Shown here: piece by piece, positions 57,213 to 64,000 of the stretch | Position numbering within the stretch: the stretch's first letter is position 1 | Layout of the letters: each line of letters opens with the position of its first letter | Origin: Bigelowiella natans CCMP2755 | Lineage: Eukaryota > Protista > Cercozoa | Direction of reading: 5' to 3' | Length of the DNA stretch: 64,000 bases | Assembly (NCBI GenBank): GCA_000320545.1 | Contig: ADNK01000966.1 | Location: 1-64,000, forward strand | Program-made: the position numbers and the translations under genes | The notes under the pieces: generated by a model | Told to the model about the DNA's origin: nothing | Database searches by the model: none | Seen by the model: only the letters and a program-made list of their open reading frames with translations

Positions 57213-57246
<34 letters not shown>

Positions 57247-59656
57247 TTGCTTGTACAGCCATAGCAGCTTGGTTAAGTTCTTCCTCCAGAGAAAGTCCCA
57301 GGCCGTTTACTCTCGCGCCCTCCACTGGCCTCCCCCCCCCCTCTTTCCGGTCCTTCTCCATCGTTGATTCGTCCCCGTTGCCTCCTTCCACGCCTTCTCC
57401 TCTATGGCCAGTGTGAACTGCAGCAGCAGCGATCATGTTAACTTCTGTGGATGATGGAGAAAGTGCCTCTCTATCCTGAACTTCTCTGCTGTCGTGTGTA
57501 CTCGTGGCTCTGCTTCCATTGTCTTCGGTTGTTGCCACTATCTCTTCGGGCTGCGCGGAGCCATCATTTCTTGCTTCGGACTTGGTTTTTGAGGGGGATA
57601 TCGCTCCTTGAGAAGTTGCTCCCGCATTCTTCGTCTCCACCCCTGTTTCATTCTCCTCCTCCTCCTCCTCCTCCCCCTCCTCCTCCTCCTCCCTGCGATC
57701 AACATTTTCCTTACAAGCCTTAGCCTCAGGAGGACCTACTGTATCTTTCGAGGGTAGTTGTGACTCTGGTTCATTTGTGTTTGGGGTTTCTGTAGTCGCC
57801 GCCTCTGCACGGCTGTCACCCTAGATTGTGGCAGGATTATTTTGCTCGTGTGTGGTATGTGATGGTGGATGCTCGCAAGAAACGTGGAAATTCAACATTT
57901 ATATATTGATACATATCTATATATATATTTAAATATATGTAAAACCTTCTCGGCTGGGATGATTTCTTGCGCCAAGCGAATTTTCCCCGTTTCTTCCTGA
58001 ATATCGTCACAAGGGATTGCAATTGTTCATTTCATCACGATTTACCCTCATAGCATAGCAAAAACCTTGCTCCTTGTTAAAACAGTCTGCAGTTCTTGCT
58101 CAGTATCTCGCAGCGCCTTCTCGATGTTCATTCGGCTTGACTAATGATGCAGGATAGTTCTTAAGTCACACTGGCATGAACATATCGCATCATCAAAATA
58201 TTCTGGAACACCTCATTGTATCGAAGATTCTTAGAAAGTTCCATATTTTTCTCTGTAGCCTCAGCAGCTGTTTGATTGGCAGCGCTAAGTCTGGCCTCAA
58301 GCTTCTCTGCCAATTTCCGCAACTTGGTAATTTCAACGTCCTTTTCTCCAACGAGGGATGCCTGAGTATTAGAGGGAATCAAATAAAAGGAGCCAAAATG
58401 TAGTGGCTGTAGATTGTGCACAAACATGATCACCAACAACATCATCACCATCATCATCATCGTCGTCGTCTTCGTCGTTGTCACATACATTTTGTTCAAG
58501 CTTGTGAACGAGGTCTTTTTTGCAGTCTTGTTCGATCTCAAGCTGCTTCATTCGCGATTCCAAAATTTGGTTCCGCTGCATAAGCTCCCCAATTATTTCG
58601 TGTGCCTCATCCTTTGCGACACGACAAATATCGACGGATAGTACGCAAATCATCCAGGTTCAACGAAGCATTCTTTATTATTCTACTACCGTGTCATCAG
58701 CGCGGAGAATCTTAGGAGAAAATCCCATCCCGTGATCATCCTTGTCTTCATCTTTGGAATCAGTGTCGGAAGATATTGTATCCTTTCGAGCATTTCCACC
58801 GATCTCATCATTGGCATTGTTATCTGCTTCCAATGAAAATCGATCTATCCGAGGTGATGGAAGAAAGTCGTCTCTTCGAGGCGATTGCTCTGGCGATAAT
58901 GGCAGCTCTCGCGAATGCTGAGAATCTATTCGCGGGACGAGTGCATTTGTATCCTAAAAAATACCAGCATCCAAAGTATCAACTAAAGCAGCCGATTTGC
59001 ACTGTTTGTGGTTTGGTGGGGAACCGAGGAAAGGCGCCTTTCGCGAGGTTGAAATTCATTCTCTGACACCGATTCTGCGAATATGAACCCAATTTATTTT
59101 AATTTTAGAAAATCAAACAGTCCTCAAAATTTCCCAACAACCTCTTCGAACTCGCTTGGTCTCAATAGTCTCACTAGTCTCTGAAGGCCTACAGGCAGAA
59201 ACCGGTCTCAGGAAACATAATCTTTGATTGGTTTTTGTAGCTGCCTCTTGGGATGTGTTGGATCATTTTCAAGTGTGTTTCTCCTTACCGGTTGCCGCCA
59301 CTGTTACTATCTTCGGATTCTTCATCGTCGTATTCGCTATCATCTCTCAGACTCTCTGCAAAAGCCTCGAAATTTTTCCGAAAGTCCTCGAAATTCACTC
59401 GGCCTTCGCCACTGCTATCGAGCGTCTGAACCACCTAAGAATAATCGAGGCTCGGACAGATCTCAGCAAACAATAAAAAGTTGCTTACTCGATCTAGCTG
59501 TACAAGACTCGCCCCGTGAATATGTTGACTGAGGTCTTGCGCGGTGAAGAAGCCTTGCCCTTTACTGTCCAGGGATGAAAATATTGCGGTGATTTTTTCG
59601 ATATGATCAAGTTCCGATTGGGCGGGATCCGTCGAGACTTCGCCCCTAGATTCCAT
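54546..59656 (-). CDS. EF-hand-like + coiled-coil + acidic low-complexity protein, possible GRAM-like C-terminal region
   Basis: IFSSLDSKGQGFFTAQDL (EF-hand-like), coiled-coil exons at 58100-58620, acidic exon at 56900-57640, C-terminal AFGCSFK..GTMYLLQ. Exon structure only partly resolved. Confidence 0.55.
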
Positions 59657-60082
59657 TGTGGACCCGTCCGTCACTACCGGTGCAGAGGGCCCCTCTGCTC
59701 AGACACCCCCTCTACCCTGTTACAGCTTTAGGAAAGCTCAGCGTTCTCATTCAGGGAGGTCACCCGATGACGCCGGTTACCAGATCAGTCGGTCCGATAT
59801 TGCCGGGATTCGAGTTTAAAACTACCGGGATTCCCTTGCGGTGCAGAATTGCAGACTCGTTGTCGCTCCACATTGTTCATCGGGCATCCCCCTCCCGAAA
59901 TTTAAAACCACAAAAAAATTAATTATGCGCGAAGTTGGTTTTTGGTTAGCAGCTCATTTTTGGTCACAGTCAGGGGACAGAGAGAGAAATAGAGAAGATA
60001 AAGGAAGGCAAAGAGACCATCTGCGGTTTAGTACTGGGTAAAAACACCTAAAAAGGACAGGAGGTAATATTTTACAGACGAC

Positions 60083-61884
60083 ATGGAGAGAAAGACGAAG
60101 AGACACCCATCTCAGGCGCAAGCATAGTAACAAGGAGGGAAAGGATGGAATGAAAACACAGTTTTTTTCCTGACTTGGACTTGTGAACCTGAGAGAGTCT
60201 GGCTTTCCTTAGAGCGATTCAGCCACCTTTCTTCTCAATCGCAAACCAATTATGTATCGAAGCGATGGTCGAATTTGTGGTAGAGGCCGCAGGAAACCAA
60301 AGCGAGAGCTCCTAGTTAGTAGCAAAACATCAACTAAAAACCGCACCAGCTCCAGTACCGGGAGGACAAAACCACTTGCTCGTGGGACCAGAGTACGACC
60401 TGCTGCTCGTTCACTTACAGGAAACACATCCTCTACAAGAGGTCTCCATCGTCGCTTGGCCAACATGGGACTCGGTATGACCAATACAAAATGGTGTATC
60501 TAGATTACTTATCTCTCGTTTGCACAGGTGATGAGGGAAAATCCCAAGGGAGCCGTAGCAGGCAAAAGGAGCGAAGTAGTGACAACAATAAGGAAATCCA
60601 ATACACTGCAAACTCTATTATAGGAAAAGGCTCATTTGGAGTCGTTTACAAAGGTGGTACTCTTCGATCAGAAACTTGAAATGATATAATTTTACAAAAT
60701 TTTATTCTCAGCAACTGTAACTCACACCGGAGAGATAGTTGCAATAAAGAAAGTCCTGCAAGACCGGAGATTCAAGGTTTTTAGAAAATTGAAATCACTT
60801 GAAACATTCAATAATTATATTTTTTTACAGAATCGAGAGCTTCAAATCATGAGATTGATGAAGCACTGCAATGTCGTAGAATTGAAACACAGTTTCTACG
60901 CGAAAGGGGACAAGGTTATTCCAGAAACCTATATATTTTCAGTCATTAATGTAACTTATTTCGAATTATTTTCAGGACGAAATTTATCTGAATCTTGTCA
61001 TGGAATATGTCCCCATTACTGTTCACCATCATCTGAAATCCTACTTCAAGATGAAGAAAAGCATCCCAATATTCCTAGTGAAACTTTACATGTACCAAAT
61101 CAGTCGTGCACTAGCTTACATACATTCGCTAGAAATATGCCATCGAGATATAAAACCACATAACCTGTTAATGGATCCAAAGAGCCATGTCTGCAAGCTC
61201 ATAGATTTCGGAAGCGCCAAAAAGCTGGTCGCGAAGCAACCAAACGTTTCATACATTTGCTCACGGTATTACCGGGCTCCAGAATTGGTTTTTGAGGCTA
61301 CTGAGTATACAACAGCGATAGATGTTTGGTCGATGGGTTGTGTCATGGCAGAATTGTTCCTCGGTAAACCCATTTTCATGGGCCAAACCCGTGATCATCA
61401 GCTCATTGAGATTGTGAAAATCTTGGGCACTCCTACAAGAACGCAGATAAAACAGATGAATCCCAACCATAAAATGTACAAGTTTGCTCAAATAAAGGGA
61501 CACTCATGGGCTACGGTAGAAACTCAGACTTACTTTTTTTGGATATCAACATGAACATGTATATTTTCCGCAGATTTTCCGAGGGAAGGTGGGCTCTTCA
61601 GCAGTAGACTTAATAGGTCAAATTTTGCAGTATGTACCCTCGAAGAGAATCACTGCTTTCGAAGCTATGTCCCACCCGTTCTTCGATGACCTGCGTAAAT
61701 GCGATGCGTGTCTTGCTGACGGAAAGTCTCTACCTCCCTTGTTCAACTTCACTGATGCAGGTTTTCATAATTTACTTAACTTTTTATTTATAGAAGATTA
61801 ATTTTCATTTATTGAAAAACAGAGATGAAACAAGCAAGGTCATTGGGTTTGCTGGATAAGATGACACCTGAGGACCCTTCATGA
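60083..61884 (+). CDS. GSK3: Glycogen synthase kinase 3 / shaggy-like kinase
   Basis: [80 protein letters not shown]. Stop TGA at 61882-61884. First exon uncertain. Confidence 0.95.
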
Positions 61885-62591
61885 TATAGAAACCACCACC
61901 ATTATTCGCTCAGAGTCCATTGTTCACTCAGAGATTGGTGTGTTGATGTTTGCTGGAAAAAGTCAAGTGGATTAAAGCCTATAAATGTGAAGTTGCGTGG
62001 TACCTTATTTGATGTTAGCAGTCTATCAAAATGCAAGACATTCAAAATCTGTTTGGTTAGGATGTTGCATATGATCAAAAATATGATTCGAACGAGATAT
62101 TTGTTTGATTTGTCCAGCGTTTACTTCTGTGCAACTGTACACTTGCCTTCAATCTATATCCAGTACGCTATTGAAGTCATTTTGCGTGCAACAATTTGCA
62201 TGTGTGTAGTACTGATATGACACACACACACATATGGACAAGCACATTGTGTACGCGCGGCTCTCGTGTGTGTATGATCACTGCTAGACTGTACTACTCT
62301 AGTTCTCTGTACTTGTGCTGCACACATCTAGACATGTGTGTACTTAAGTACAGTATATAAGTAAGTACGCAATAAATCAGCGCAATGTGATGTGCTTGCT
62401 ACGTGTCGCGTGTACTTCGCTAGTTCGAACCAACGCAGCAGATCTTATGTGCCCTGACCCCAGTTTTTAATTCCCAACTACAATCGCGTACATAGCTAGA
62501 TAGGAGAATCGAATCGAAATCTAGAAATGCCGCAAAATTTCTAAATTCACAACCCAAAACATCACCTACGTACTGCAGACCTACTGCTGAA

Positions 62592-62873
62592 CTATGAGCT
62601 AGCGTCTATAGTATAAGCTAGAATGACATGCATGGCAAAAATCATAGGCACAGCACATGTCTTACATTCATCAAAGTCAAAATGATCTTTGTTGAAATGG
62701 TCATGCATGGCAAAAGAAGCGCCATCTCCAGAACATCGCGCCATTCTAGCATTACAATTGCCAATGCATGTCGTCGCACAAATTTCCAAGCTAGCCATGA
62801 ATTTGCTTTTCTTTTTCTGCGTTGGAACATTTAGAACCGCCGGCGTATCATGTGCAGGCAAGCGATCATGCAT
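62592..62873 (-). pseudogene. Possible coding relic with Tyr->His/Cys and Ile->Met bias
   Basis: ARMARCSGDGASFAMHDHFNKDHFDFDECKTCAVPMIFAMHVILAY lies in a partly TpA-depleted region. Confidence 0.3.
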
Positions 62874-63325
62874 CAGATCATTTCGCTATCATCATACAGA
62901 TTGTCTAAAATCCAACGTCTTATTGCAAACGTTCTGTACGCCCTCAATCATTTCTGTAGCAAATACACACAATTAGCCCACGGAGGCTATATTTTTTAGA
63001 TTTCATTTCTCAAAGCCACATGTGTGGCCAAATCTTAGTAGGCATGCATGCACAGAAATGTCGCAACAAGCACACGAACACACACACGCACACACACGAA
63101 CACAGACAGACACACTCAGATGTACACATGTACATACATTCACATCGCCGCATCGCTGGGTGATGATGATAGGGTCAAACACAGAAGCCTTTACTTTTCT
63201 ATTAAAGTCAATGTTATCTAACTGGATGATGATTTTAGATCTTGGTCTTCTTTGCCCAACTTCACCCGTCCAGATACTTAGGCAGTTGAGGTATACTATG
63301 CTGGTGATTACACCAACATTAACTG

Positions 63326-64000
63326 TTACGTGGAAAAATCGAAACCACCAACAGTAAATTTATGTATGAAAAGTGTTGCACCACAGTACAATCCGATCTC
63401 TTCACAAGTGTTATATTTATTTCTCAACTGATTTCCGAACATGATCGAGTCGGATTCTACACCGAATTGCTCATACAGCTTTGCTTGGACCTCCCGGATA
63501 GTGTCTTCTAAGAGAACGCTTATGTCCAATTTTCGCCCATCTTGAAGACATATCTTCACACTCAATGAGTTTGATTTTGCCTTGCTTCTCTTTTGCTTGC
63601 TCTCATCACCGTTACGTTGTTGGGATGGTTGTTCAAACTCACCACGAATCCTTTTTCTTCCAATTTTACTGCCTAGATGCAGTTTCTTTTCGAAGGAATT
63701 CTTAAGATCCCCCTCTGTGAGAGCTTGCGGTGACAGTGGACGTACGGTGGTATTTGATGGAACCTTCATTTGTCGAAAAGTAGCTCAGGCCTTTCCCCCT
63801 TGTTTGCCACCATCAACAAACAGCATGGCAAAGTAAGTTTTCTGTTAGAAATGGACGGTTTTCTTCTTGCTTGGCGATTGTGTGCTTGTCTCGATGGGGT
63901 ATCGAAGAATCTTGGGTGTGGGAAATGCTCAGCAGTCCCTCCCCATCCAGTCAGAAGGATTATGGGGTGGATCGAACTCTGGACCGCTCTCCCGATATTA
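63326..64000 (-). CDS. 3' end of a gene with a C-terminal ubiquitin/SUMO-like domain
   Basis: LSVKICLQDGRKLDISVLLEDTIREVQAKLYEQFGVESDSIMFGNQLRNKYNTCEEIGLYCGATLFIHKFTVGG-FDFST fits a beta-grasp pattern. Gene runs off the window. Confidence 0.65.

Overview
Compact, intron-rich eukaryotic nuclear DNA with about 18 protein-coding genes in 64 kb, short GT-AG introns and very many microsatellites. A signal peptide plus Arg/Ser-rich transit leader on triosephosphate isomerase points to an alga with a complex plastid, probably a chlorarachniophyte such as Bigelowiella (inference). Genes spliced by hand: OGFOD2-like 2OG-Fe(II) oxygenase, a Zn-dependent HAE/PCxxC deaminase that the ORF track misses, a catalytically dead rhomboid, an MBD-like + AWS-SET methyltransferase, a PXA-PX-PXC sorting nexin, TPI, a SPATA4/SPEF1-type CH protein, a 7TM-TKL kinase, G3BP/NTF2-RRM, an ankyrin protein, GSK3, a UBL-domain gene and several unknowns. 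The most striking signal is non-coding. Intergenic islands have lost almost all TpA dinucleotides (6681-7644: 2 TpA in 964 bp), keep CpG and are rich in TpG/CpA. In the three cleanest islands every surviving TpA lies in CTAG. A tandem duplicate differs by TA/CA and TA/TG changes. Together this suggests a local, context-specific TA->TG/CA (A-to-G) hypermutation system, RIP-like but opposite in direction, that spares genes. Gene coordinates are spans including introns; several ends are approximate.
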